Assembly: GCA_004431415.1 (NCBI GenBank)
Contig: QPMI01000416.1
Span: forward strand, 434,001-498,000
Direction: 5' to 3'
DNA from: Cyanophora paradoxa CCMP329
Taxonomy: Eukaryota; Plantae; Glaucophyta
DNA: 64,000 nucleotides
A model generated the notes under the pieces. The model was not told where the DNA came from. It saw only the letters and a list, made by a program, of their open reading frames with translations, and ran no database searches. Positions 13,501 through 24,004 of this stretch are shown here, piece after piece. The number at the start of each line of letters is the position of its first letter. Position 1 is the stretch's first letter. A program made the position numbers and the translations under genes.

Positions 13501-15493
13501 AGCACGAGAAGAAGAGCGACACGACTTCTGTTTGACTTGCCTCGAGGGACTTGCCGCCCTCCTGCAGGGCCTTGCGGACAACCTCGGCGCCCCTCTGCGC
13601 GGCGCCGGCGACGCCGGTCAGAAGCTGCGGCCGTGAAGGGGGACCTAGCGGGAGCTCTTCACTACTGCGCCGCTCAGAAGCCGGCCGCTAGATCGTATTC
13701 TGTCCACCGGTCGAGTCTAAATCAGGCGTGTGCGCGCCGCTCTAAATATGATATCTATGGAACCGCCTTATACTACTACTACTGCGACTATTTCTAGAAT
13801 GTATCCACGGCGCGCGCGCGCACCCCGTTGTCCATGTCGACGTGGCAGAGGCGGGTGCCCGTCTCGAGCTTGCCGGCGAGCACCATGCGCTGGGCGTCGC
13901 CCGGCTGCGAGAAGAGAATCTGCCGAGGAGGAGGGGCCGTGAGCGGGGGCGAAGGCGAGGGGGACGGGGGGGGGCGGGGGGGGGGGGGGGGGGGGGGTGC
14001 GGGCAGGGAGGGCAGGGGGCGGAACGGCCGAAAGGGTAGAGCGGCAGCCCGTGAGCAAGCTCGGAGCGGCTTTCTGGAGCCGTCCCCGAAGCTTCTAGCG
14101 GCGTGGAACGCGCTAGGAAGCTATCTGGAGAGTGCGATCAAATGTTTCGATCGGATCGCTCACCGAGGCGCAGGTGCGCTGGAAGTTTATCACGACCAGC
14201 TCCACGGCGCCGTACCTGTCCGCCCAGCGGCCGTCAGCGCCCGCCCGCCCGCTCGCATACGGGCCGGGGCCGGGGCCCTGGCGGGGGCCGGATCGAATCG
14301 CGGAATCGTCCTTTGCGCCACGCTATGTTGCTGACGAGTAGTGCTCTAAGGGGCTCTACTAGGAACGACGCACAGGGACGCGGCGGCCCTGAGCTCTTGC
14401 TCCGTCGGGGGAGCCGTCTCGTTCATGGGCCAGCCGACCCACACGATCCGCGCCTGCAGATCGAAAGGTTAGGGGCGGCAAGGGAGGGAGGGAAGCTTGA
14501 GAAGGGAAGCGCAGGGTGTGGGTGTGGGTGGGGGGGGGGGTACAGGGACGGACCTGGAGCCGCTCGATTTGTGAATGCTCGATACCCGGGGGTACGACGG
14601 GAGCGGGTTGAGGCGCCCTTGGCGGGCCGAGCGCACGAACGGCGGCCTGTTCGCCCCCGGGGTACGTCAGCTTTCGGGCACGGGGGGCTTCGTTCGCTTC
14701 GCGCTTGCTCGCTCGCCTGCGGGTTGCTGCGGATCTCCTCGACGCGGGCGGTACCCCCGAAGTGGAGCGCCAGAACCCTTTCTTGCAGGAGCGCGTCGGC
14801 GTCCCTGCGGTTCTCGAAGAGAACGTAGGCGTGCGTATCCCCCGCCCCGACCTCGAGCTTCTCGAGCTTGCCCCGCCTGAAAAGGGGACGTGGGCGCGTC
14901 GAAACGGCGCGCGGGGGTTGGAGCGTGGGAGGGGTACGCGCGCACCGCTCGCAGGAGGCGCGGAGCTCCTCGTGGCTCGGCGGCTGGCCGGAGGGGGTAT
15001 CCCACGAGCCGACCCAGAGCGCACGGCCATCGAACGGGTCGGTACCCTGGCGGGAAGGCGTCGGCGGGGGTACGCAGCACAATCGGGCGCGGCGCACGGG
15101 AGGGGTAGAGAAATCCGTCTTGAGGATGAGGCGCTCCTCGCCCATAACGATCTCGATCTCGTGGGCGCGGGCGAGCCGCTCGGCCGTGCCAGGGTCGGAG
15201 AAGAGCGCGAACGCGCAGTTGCGCGACTTGGACCAGTTCAGGCGCTCCAGACGGCCGTGCCTGCCCGGCACTCTTAGAGACAGATGGGCCGGAACGCTCG
15301 CGGAAACTCGCGATGCGCACTTTTCGCATGCGGTTCGAATCGCTTCCTCGGGAGGCGGCGCCACCCTCCACCCTGCGTAGTCGCGATCGGTTAGGGCAGC
15401 CACGCGGCACGCCTAACGGAGGCATCGGCGGGAGCGCGGCCGGATCCCACCTCCGATCCAAACCGTCCGCTCTCTTTCATACTGAGACACCAT
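10550..15493 (-). CDS. RNA-binding protein with three divergent RRM domains, an RS tract and a C-terminal coiled coil (multi-exon; 3' extent uncertain)
   Basis: ATG at 15493. RRM1: MVSQYERERTVWIG|GWRVAPPPEEAIRTACEK|HGRLERL...CAFALFSDPGTAERL. RRM2: RALWVGSW...EELRASCER|GKLEKL...AYVLFENRRDADALL. RRM3: RIVWVGW...EQELRAAAS|RYGAVELV...|ILFSQPGDAQRMV. Downstream exons encode RKRARSRSRSRSP (~12610-12660) and MAELQLALEAAQQR...LQEKDDALARLKKEF. Confidence 0.7.
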
Positions 15494-15884
15494 TGTCTTC
15501 CGCGGCTCCAATCAGAGCACGCTCGCGCAACTGGCTGCGGCGGAACGGCGCTTCGTTTGTCTGCAACCTCGCCGCGCGCATCGTGGCGATGCTAGCGCAC
15601 GCGCACCTGTAGACTGGACAGAAATGAGAGTCTTGTAGGGTGCTCGACGCGCTTCCGTCGCGGCCGAGTGTCAGGCTGCAGGCGTTGGAGGTTTTCGATG
15701 AACTTCGAAACGAATTCCCCTGGCTGGCCTTCCACACGTGCTGAAGAACGTGTAAGTCGCAGCGAGAGAGCGCGGCGATCCCGGCGCAGCGCCTAGTCGC
15801 CGCCTAGGCGCCGTTCACACTTTTTCTACCAAACTACTTCGACCGCAGTCGACCCATTCTTGACCACGGAACGCGCACCGGAAG

Positions 15885-17197
15885 ATGCGGGGCGATGCGG
15901 GAGGATGCCCCTGTATGCGCCGACGGCTAGGTAAGCCGAAGGTCCAAAAGCGCTAGCTTCCACCAAAGGCAACCCGGGGGGAGCGGAAGGGGGGGAACTT
16001 ATCGCCAGGGGTACGCAACCCTCGCAGTTGGCCCGGCGCGTCCGCCAGGATGCAGCGGGCGTTCGTTCCGCCCCTGATGGGGGCGGGGAGCGTGTCCCGG
16101 AACATCGCTCAGGGCGCGGGGCCAGCGGCCGGAACGACCTCCACCAAAAGCGGGAAGCGCGCTGCGTCGTCGAGAACGACCTCCGCGCCTGCTAGAGATG
16201 AATCTTCGACGGACTCTTCCTGCCCGCCTGGTCCGAAGACGCCCCTCGACGCTGCGCTCCCCGCCTCACGCCGCGCCGATCCCCCAGAGGGCCACATCAT
16301 CAACCCTGGCAGTCAGGCAGTCAGCAGCATCATCGGCTGCGTGGCCGCCGGCGTCACCACGCAAATCCTTGAAAGCACCCTTCCCGCTGTCCGGGAGGCC
16401 CGCATGAACAATCCAGATGGTCTTCTCTGCAATGCCGTTGGGGTGGTCTCCGCAGGTGCGCCTCACCGGAGCGGCCAGGACACCGTCGTCTTTCCGCGGG
16501 GCCTTTAACTTGGGGCCGGCGTCGCCGTAGGCTCCGCTATTCTGGCCAGCTCGAGGGCTTCTTCGATCGCCTCGAGGTGGGCGGATAAGCTCAGGTGCGC
16601 CGCGCGCCGCGCCCGCGCAGTGCGCCGCCGCTCCTCAGGGCGCTGCTGATCGCATCTCGATCCGCAGCTTCAACGTCGGCCCCGGCATCAAGGGACAAGT
16701 AGCGTCAACGGGAATCAACATAATCGTCACTCTGGTCGCCTACGGCGCGGCCCGCAAGCTTGCGAGCTTCCTGTTCGGGTGCGGCGCCACCTTGCGGGCT
16801 GCGCGTCCTGGATCTGAGGCGCCCCTCTGACTGGCCTGCAGCCCGCCCATAACCTCTCGGAGGGAAATGTACGAGGACGAGGAAGGCCCCGCCGGCAATG
16901 AACGGACCATTGCGCACGGTGCGCCTCTGTAGACGCGCCAAGGCCTCCCGTGCTGTCGTTCACTCGGCTCCCGCGCAGAGTGCGTTGTCTGCATGGAGCA
17001 GCCGCAGTCAGTGCTGTACATTCCGTGCCGCCACGGTGCGCGCGCGGGCGCTCGCTCGCATTCCGCGCGACGCGCGCCCTGAAACGGGCGCCCCGCCAGC
17101 CGCCGTGTGCGAGAGCTGCAACGAGGGGCTCGACCTGAAACAGTGCCCTGTCTGCCGCCAGCAGATCCAGCAGGCAATCAGCATCATCCACCCCTGA
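15885..17197 (+). CDS. C3HC4 RING-finger E3 ligase (IAP/MUL1-like C-terminal RING) with putative transmembrane segments
   Basis: Spliced C-terminus ECVVCMEQPQSVLYIPCRH|AAVCESCNEGLDLKQCPVCRQQIQQAISIIHP*, plus a hydrophobic exon GINIIVTLVAYGAARKLASFLF. Start codon uncertain (15885 or 15905). Confidence 0.8.
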
Positions 17198-17875
17198 GCG
17201 CCCGGCGCCGGCTTCCCCGCTTCGTTTCCTAGGGTCAGGCGTAGACAGGACCGCTTTCGTTTTTTAAAACACTGACTTGCCGTTCATGCCGGCGCTCGCC
17301 GTTAGCTCTGTTGTATAGTTCTGTAAGCCCGACCGCGCATCTGTACTTTTACACACTAGCTACGTCCCCGAGTCCCTCTAGCTTTTACCACTAGCTTGTA
17401 GCGTTTGTCGGAACCCGCATAATCTTTCCTGTGTTACCGAGTGTGTTGGAAGACTTGAAGAACAGGATACTCTCTTTCCAGCAGGCTCTAGCCAGCGCAG
17501 AGCTCCGAGGCTCGAGCTATGTGCGCGCGGTATACGTACCGGCGCGGTCGATCTAGACCTCCGGATCCAGCAACAACACGTATGTGCTCAGGCTGCGGCA
17601 ACTCGCTGGCAAGGCTCATGACATTGATCGATATCACCGAATCAGCGAGCCAGCGTCACGGCGTGCACGAGAGCGCTAGCGATGGACAGCGTCCTAGGCC
17701 TACGGCAATTCGAATTCCAGCGACGGCGCCGCGGCGAGCACAAGCGCTCCGGGCGCCGGCGCGCACCGCGGCGAGCACAAGGCGGTGCTGCATGCGCATG
17801 CGGCGCCGCAGCGGCGGCGGCCGGGGGGTACGCGTCCGCAAGCACGAGCCAAGCCGACGTCGACGAGCTCGAGGA

Positions 17876-20800
17876 ATGGTGGCGGTCCAGCTGACGACGG
17901 CCCGCGCGCCGTTGAATGGTGCGCAGCGGCGCCGACCACGCGCGCCGAGCCCGCCGTGACCGCGCTTGCAGCTGTCCAGCAGGACGAGTCCGGCCTGCCG
18001 TGGTGCATCGTGCTGCAGCCGTTCGGAGGCAAGGCTCCCGACTGCTCCGTGGACGACGAGTTCGACGTGTTCGCCGAGGACCTCGCCCGGTGCGAGCGGT
18101 GCTACGGCTACATCAACAAGTTCGCCACGTTCGAGCGCCGGCGATGGCGTTGCCCGCTGTGCGGCGCGTGGACGACACTGTCTGGTGCGCGCGGCCGCCC
18201 GCCTCGCCGCTCAGGGCGCCAAACGAAGTCTTCGTCCGCAGAGCGCTACGCGTCCCCGCCGATGCGGACGCGCATGCCGGAGCTCTCGAGCTACGTCTAC
18301 GAATGCTTCGCAAGCTTTCCCGGTCCGACCGCGCGCCGCGCGCCTCGCCGTCGACGCTCACCGCCGCCCGATGGCTCCGCGCAGGCGACGGGCCGCGGGA
18401 CCGTCCCGCGCCCCGCGGCGACTCTGGGCCGGTCTTCCTTGCCCTCATCGACCTAGCATGTGCGTCCGCGCGCTCGGCGCCGGCCGCACCCGCCCACCGG
18501 CCCCGCAGCCAGCGAAGAGTTCGTCGAGATGGTCAAGAGCGGCCTCCTGGCCGCGCTGGAGGGTACGGCGGCGCCAAACCGAATGCGCTGTACCCCTTCC
18601 GTTTACCCCGCCTGCCGATGCGCCTCGCCGCAGGCATGCCGCCCTCTTCCCGCGTGGCGCTCATCCCGTTCTCCGACCGCGTCGGCCTCTACGACCTCTC
18701 CTCCCCCTCCCCGCACGTCCGCCACGTCTCCGCGCGGCCCGACGGACCAGTCGACGTACCCCTCCACGACCTCTTCCCCCCGGAGCGCGCGCTGGCGTCC
18801 GTTCCGTCAGCCCGCGACGCCCTTTCGTTCGCGATCGACACGCTTGCCCCGGCCCCGCCGCCGGCGCCCTTCGCCGCCGGTCCCGCCCGCCGCGCCTTCG
18901 GCTCGGCCCTCCTCGCGGCCCTCGACTTCCTTTCCTATTCCCGCCTCGCCGCCCCCGGTTCGAATCCCGCCGCGCCCCTTTCGTCGGTTTCCGCCCCGCG
19001 CGCTCACGACTCGCGACCCCGCAGCTCGAATCCTGTGCTTCCTTTCCGGTATCCCTAACTACGGCCCCGGCGCCCTGGATCCTTTCCGCGCCGCCCGCGC
19101 CGCCGAGCAGCGCGCCTCTCACCACCGCGAGGACGCCGCGGTACCCCCTCTTCTTTCTTCGAACCTGGCGAATCGCTGATCGCGTACCCCGCCACAGATC
19201 CGCGAGGCTACCCCCTTTTACAGGGAGCAGGGCGAGCGGGCGGCCGCTCTCGGAGCCGCGTGCGACGTCTACGTCGTGCGTACCCCCGGAGAGCCCGCCC
19301 CCCCCCCCGGAACCCCGGTTCGAATCCCGGCAGGTCTCCCGCGACTACGTGGACTTGGCGTCGATCGCGCCGCTCGCGTCCGCAACGGACGGAGCCCTTC
19401 GGCTGTACGACATCGAGACCACGACCCTCCCCCAGGACCTGTCCGCCCGTACCCCCTCCCTCCCCTTCTCTACCCGTACCCTCGGCCGCCCCCGACGCGG
19501 ATCGCGGTACCCCGGCAGGTTCCGAGCCGTGCACGACCCGTGCGCGTGGGACGGCGAGCTCCGCGTCCGCTGCTCCCCTGAGGCGCGCGCCCCGTACCCC
19601 GCCTCTCAACGGCGTACCCCTGGCTTCTCTGACGCGCGTACCGCCCTTCGCTGCAGTTCCGCGCGGGGGCAACTGAGCGCCCCACGCCGCGCCGCCCGCC
19701 CCGCGGCGTCTACGGGCCTCTCGCCCCCCACCCCAAGTACGAGCAGGTACCCCCCTTCCGATTCTCCCCCCGCCCGCCCGCCTCCTCCCCCTTTCTTGCT
19801 GATTCCCGTACCCCCCCCCCCCCAGGTGTACAAGCTGGCGTGCTGCCGCCCGCACACGTCCGTAGCATTCGATCTGCAGTTCTCCACCTCCCGCGGCTTC
19901 GAGAAGTCCGCCCGTACCCCCCCCCCGCGCTTCCTCCCCATCGGAACGTGACGCGTACCCCCCTCCCCCCGCAGCCTGGATCGGGACCCCTGCGTCCAGG
20001 TCGCCTTCTCGTTCACGGAGCTGGTACCCCCCGGGGAGGAGGGCAGGGCCGCGGCGGTACCGCGTACCCCCCCGGCGAGCCCTGCGAGCCCCTCCTCGGA
20101 CGCCCCGCCGCCCTCGCCGGCGCCGCGGGCGCGCCCCCGACTCCGCAGGCGCCTCCGCGTCGCCACAATCCCCATACCCGTCGCCCAAGACGCCTTCGAG
20201 CTCTACGAGGCGAGACTACCCCCCGCCCCCCCCCCGCCCCCCCCCCCCCCCCCCGCCGCCCCCTTCCCCATCCCTCGCCTTGCTTTACCGCACCCCCTGA
20301 TCATGAGCCCCCTCCCTAGCCGCGGCCCCGGCCTCTAAGCGAGGCCGCGCCCCTCCCCACCCTCTGCTTTGCTTTACTGTACCCCCTGAGCCCTCCTCCC
20401 CCCCTCCCCCAGGCGACGGACCCGAACGCGACGGTGGCGGTGCTGGCGCACAAGGCCCTCGAGGCCGTCGCCGACTCCGGCGTCGACGAGGTCCGCCCTG
20501 TTGAACTACGAAAGAAAGTGGCTGTCTAAAACTAAGAAAGAAGCTAGCATCCGCCCTCCTTAGCTCGAGGGGCTAGCTTTAGCTTCCTCGGGCGTCGACA
20601 GGGTCCGCCATCCCGCCCTTCGTTTCTCCCTTGAGCCTTTCTGAGTTCTGCGGGCTCATATGAGCTCTTCCTTTCCCCCTAGCTCGGCTAGCGCTTCTTC
20701 CTTTCTCTTGATCGAGCTTGGCTAGCTCGGCTGCTCCCCTTTACTTTCTCTTGGCTAGCTGAACTCGCCCCTTCCTCCGCTCCCCTCTGGTTGGTTCTAG

Positions 20801-21875
20801 CCCCTTAGTTCTAGCTTGGTTAGAAACTAGCACGAAACTTTCTGAACCTAAGAAAGCTACGCTTAGCGAAGCTAGCTCGGCTGGCTCGGCTGGCTCGGCC
20901 GAGCTCGCCTTCGCTCACCTGAGCTTCGTTCGCAGGCCCGCCGCCTCGTCGAGGACTGGCTCGTGTACCTCACCGCCCGCTACAACGCGAGCGTCAAGGT
21001 CGGCCCGCTCAGACCCCACCTGAGCTCGGATTTGATCTCGCCAGGCGCTGAATTTGATCCGAACCAGGCGCTGCTGGGCCCGGCCGCCGGGGGCGCCGCG
21101 TACCACCCGGAGTCGATCGCGCACTACGGCCCGATCCTGTGCGACAAGGGCGTCTCCTCGGGGTCGCGGGCGGCCGCGCTGGGGCCTATACCCCGCCTCG
21201 TGTACCTCCTCCTCTGCGACCCGCTGCTACTACCCCCGCGGCTCCCGCCCCCGCCCGCGCCCCGCGGCGGACTCCTCCCCGTGCCGGACGGGCCGCTTCC
21301 CCGCCCGCAGGGCGCGGCCGACCGCTTCTCCCCCGACTCGCTCGCGGCCCGGCGGCACGCCCTGGCCTCGAGCGAGCCTCTGACGGTGGTCCGGATGGTC
21401 CGGCCCTACCTAGAGGCCTGGGAATCCCCCGAGGCCCCCGGGACGACGGGGCTCCTACTCACACGCGAGGCAATGGCCGCCTCCTCGGGTACGCTGTTCT
21501 TCCTGGACGCGTACGACCGGGCGGCGCTCTACTACCCCCCGATGTGCACGGCGCCCTTCCCCCCGCCCCTGGACTCCCCCCTCCGCACGCGCATCAACGC
21601 CTGCCGCTCGAACCGGTCCGTCACGACCCAGGTGCGCGTACCCCCTCCACCCCACCCCGCCTCGACCCCCTACCCCCCATCTTATCTATTTTTAGATCCG
21701 GATGCTGCGGGCGGGGGTACTGGGCGCGGAGGCCTTCGACGAGGAGTGGCTCCTGGACGACGCGTTCGCGTACCCCGAGGACCCCTGCTTCCCCGCGCCC
21801 CCGCGCGTGGGCCTGGCGGCGTTCATCGCCCACGTCCTCCACCGGACCGGCGACTTTCTGAAGGAGATGAGCTAG
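17876..21875 (+). CDS. SEC23: Sec23/Sec24 family COPII coat protein, divergent SEC23D-like (multi-exon)
   Basis: N-terminus MVAVQLTTARAP..QDESGLPWCIVLQPF, zinc finger RCERCYGYINKF...WRCPLCG, and trunk PVFLALIDLASSEEFVEMVKSGLLAALE...VALIPFSDRVGLYDL. Later motifs are DGELRVRCS, CVQVAFSFT and gelsolin-like LFFLDAYD, with stop after DFLKEMS. The subfamily call comes from recalled similarity to plant SEC23D. Confidence 0.88.
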
Positions 21876-22067
21876 CGCTAGCTAGCTACAGGTAGCTAAC
21901 ATATAAAGAGAAGTACATTCGATTCGACGACACTGTGACAAGCTGAAACCTGAGCTCGAGTGGGATCATGCGCATGCTCATTCTAGATCTGAAGCGCTCG
22001 CTGCCGCGCGTTGACGTCGGCCCGCGCACTGGCGAGACTCACTTCCAGCTAGCCAGCGCCAAGCTTG

Positions 22068-22455
22068 AAGGATCGATCGCGAAGGGCCCACTTCCGCTTG
22101 CGATCCGCCGACGCCGATGCATATATATGCCGACGCCAGCGGCGTGGACGGAGCGCCCGCAGGCGCCCGGAGCGCGGACGCGAGGGCGCGAGAGAACGAG
22201 GGCTCGAGCGCGCACTGCCGTCTGAGGTGCTCGCGCTTCGCGCCTCGAGGTCAAAAGATAGGAGGCCGCCGCTCCGCCCAGGAGCCCGCCTCGCGCTACG
22301 CCTCCTCAGTGACCGCCACCCCCCATAAGGCCCTCAACGAAGGATCGAAGGGTCCGCTTCCGCTTCCGATCCGCCGACGCCGACGCCGACGCCAGCGGCG
22401 TGGACGGAGGGCCCGCAGGCGCCCGGAGAGGGCTCGAGGGCGCGCGCTGCCGTCT
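22068..22455. repeat. Imperfect direct duplication (~115-155 bp unit, two copies)
   Basis: gaaggatcga...cttccgctt..gatccgccgacgccga...gccagcggcgtggacggag.gcccgcaggcgcccggag...gctcgag.gcgc..ctgccgtct occurs at ~22068 and ~22340. Confidence 0.75.
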
Positions 22456-22929
22456 TAGGCCGGGAGTATGAGCGAGCGAGCGAGCGAGCCAAAGCAGACA
22501 ATGCGCACGAGTCTGATCTGGTCCGACGGTCACGTCCTGGTAGACACGTAGATATCGATGCCGCCTTGCAAGTGGCCGTCCTTGCCGCCTTAGCCGTCCT
22601 TGCCACTGAGGATGTTCGGCGCGCGGACGCTGAGCGCCGAGCGTCAAGCAAGCAAGCAAGCAAGCAAGCACGCCCCAGCGCGGCGGCCGAGGGGGACCGT
22701 GGGGGGAGGCGCACCCGGCCCGCGAGACCGGCCGATCTAGATCTAAGGATCCGCCTCGGACTCCGGGAGCTGGCTGCCATGCCAAGGAGTTCTGCCCTTG
22801 GGTTCGTCTTGCTCGAGCTCGCCCACTGCTCGCCCGCGGCCTCCTCTCCCTCTCTCGGCAGACGAGGCGCCCTCCTGGACGCTCGCGTCAGGCGGGCAGG
22901 CGGGGCGGGGCGGGGCGGGGCGGAAGGGC

Positions 22930-22969
<40 letters not shown>

Positions 22970-23049
22970 GTAGGGGGGTGAAGAGGGGGGGGATTGAGCG
23001 AGGCGAGCCGGAGGCGCAGCGGCGCAGCGGTCTGAATTCGAATTCGACT

Positions 23050-23150
23050 CGAGCTCCCAAGCGTCAGGCCCCCGCGTCCGTCCTGGCCATGGAAGAGAAC
23101 GCCCGCGCCTGGAAGCGTGTCCGAACGGGCGAGTAGCCTACAATTTTTCA
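23050..23150 (+). pseudogene. Orphan 3' fragment of the MATH-BTB gene family
   Basis: Encodes APKRQAPASVLAMEENARAWKRVRTGE* followed by gagtagcctacaattt. This matches the C-termini and first 3' bases of the genes ending at 32049 and 37655. Confidence 0.65.
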
Positions 23151-24004
23151 AATTATGTTCTCTTCGAATTCTTCTCGCGGAGTCGCTCTCTTCAGCTATA
23201 GTTACACATTTTCGATCATTGTGGCACTGCATATATATGCATGCGCAGCTGCTTCTTTGTATTGCACATTGTGGCACCCGCGATCGCGAGCGTGGCACTC
23301 GCATCATGATCGTCTAAGCCTGCAGCGATGAAATAATGAGAAGCGAAGCTTAAGCCAAAATCCAAATTCCGACGGCCGCGGGGCGGGACGGGGAACTCTT
23401 GAAAGGCTGGGCCCGGGGGCAGGTTTCCATGTCGATGTCGACGTCATGGAGCCTCGAGCTCCGAGCGTGAATTCGAAATTATATTACACACCGAGAAATC
23501 GATGATATCGATCGATATCATGAGCGCTTGCCCTGGCGGCCGCGGGCTGTCCCGGGAGTCCAGGCCTGGGCCATGGCCATCTTGCCCTCCCCCACCCGCG
23601 CCCCCCTTCCGCTGCAGCTGGCCCGGAAAAAACGTTTTTACAATGGGATACAAGTACAGCTAGCTCACACGAGGCGAAGCCCAAGCCAAGCACGAAACCA
23701 AAGTCTGCCGACGGGACGCTCTGCAAGGACACGACTGCTCTCTGCTTTGCACTACTACTCAGGCCCAGCTGTGCAGGCAAACCGGCTAACCACTACCGAA
23801 ACCGAACGAACGAGGATGTGTACACGTACAGACTCTACATCTGTCTGTCTGGCGCGACTCGGCGCAAACGCAGGCAGGGGGCACACGCCCGCGGCCAGCC
23901 GCCCGTGGCCGCCTGCCTGCCTGCCTGCCTGCCTGACTCTACGCCCGTATGCCGCCTCGCCTCAAAGCACAGCACAGCGCAGCTGAAAGAACACGGACGG
24001 CGCC

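Noticed and set aside
23502-23521. 20 bp perfect palindrome atgatatcgatcgatatcat
   Set aside because: It is isolated and low-complexity, with no supporting context.
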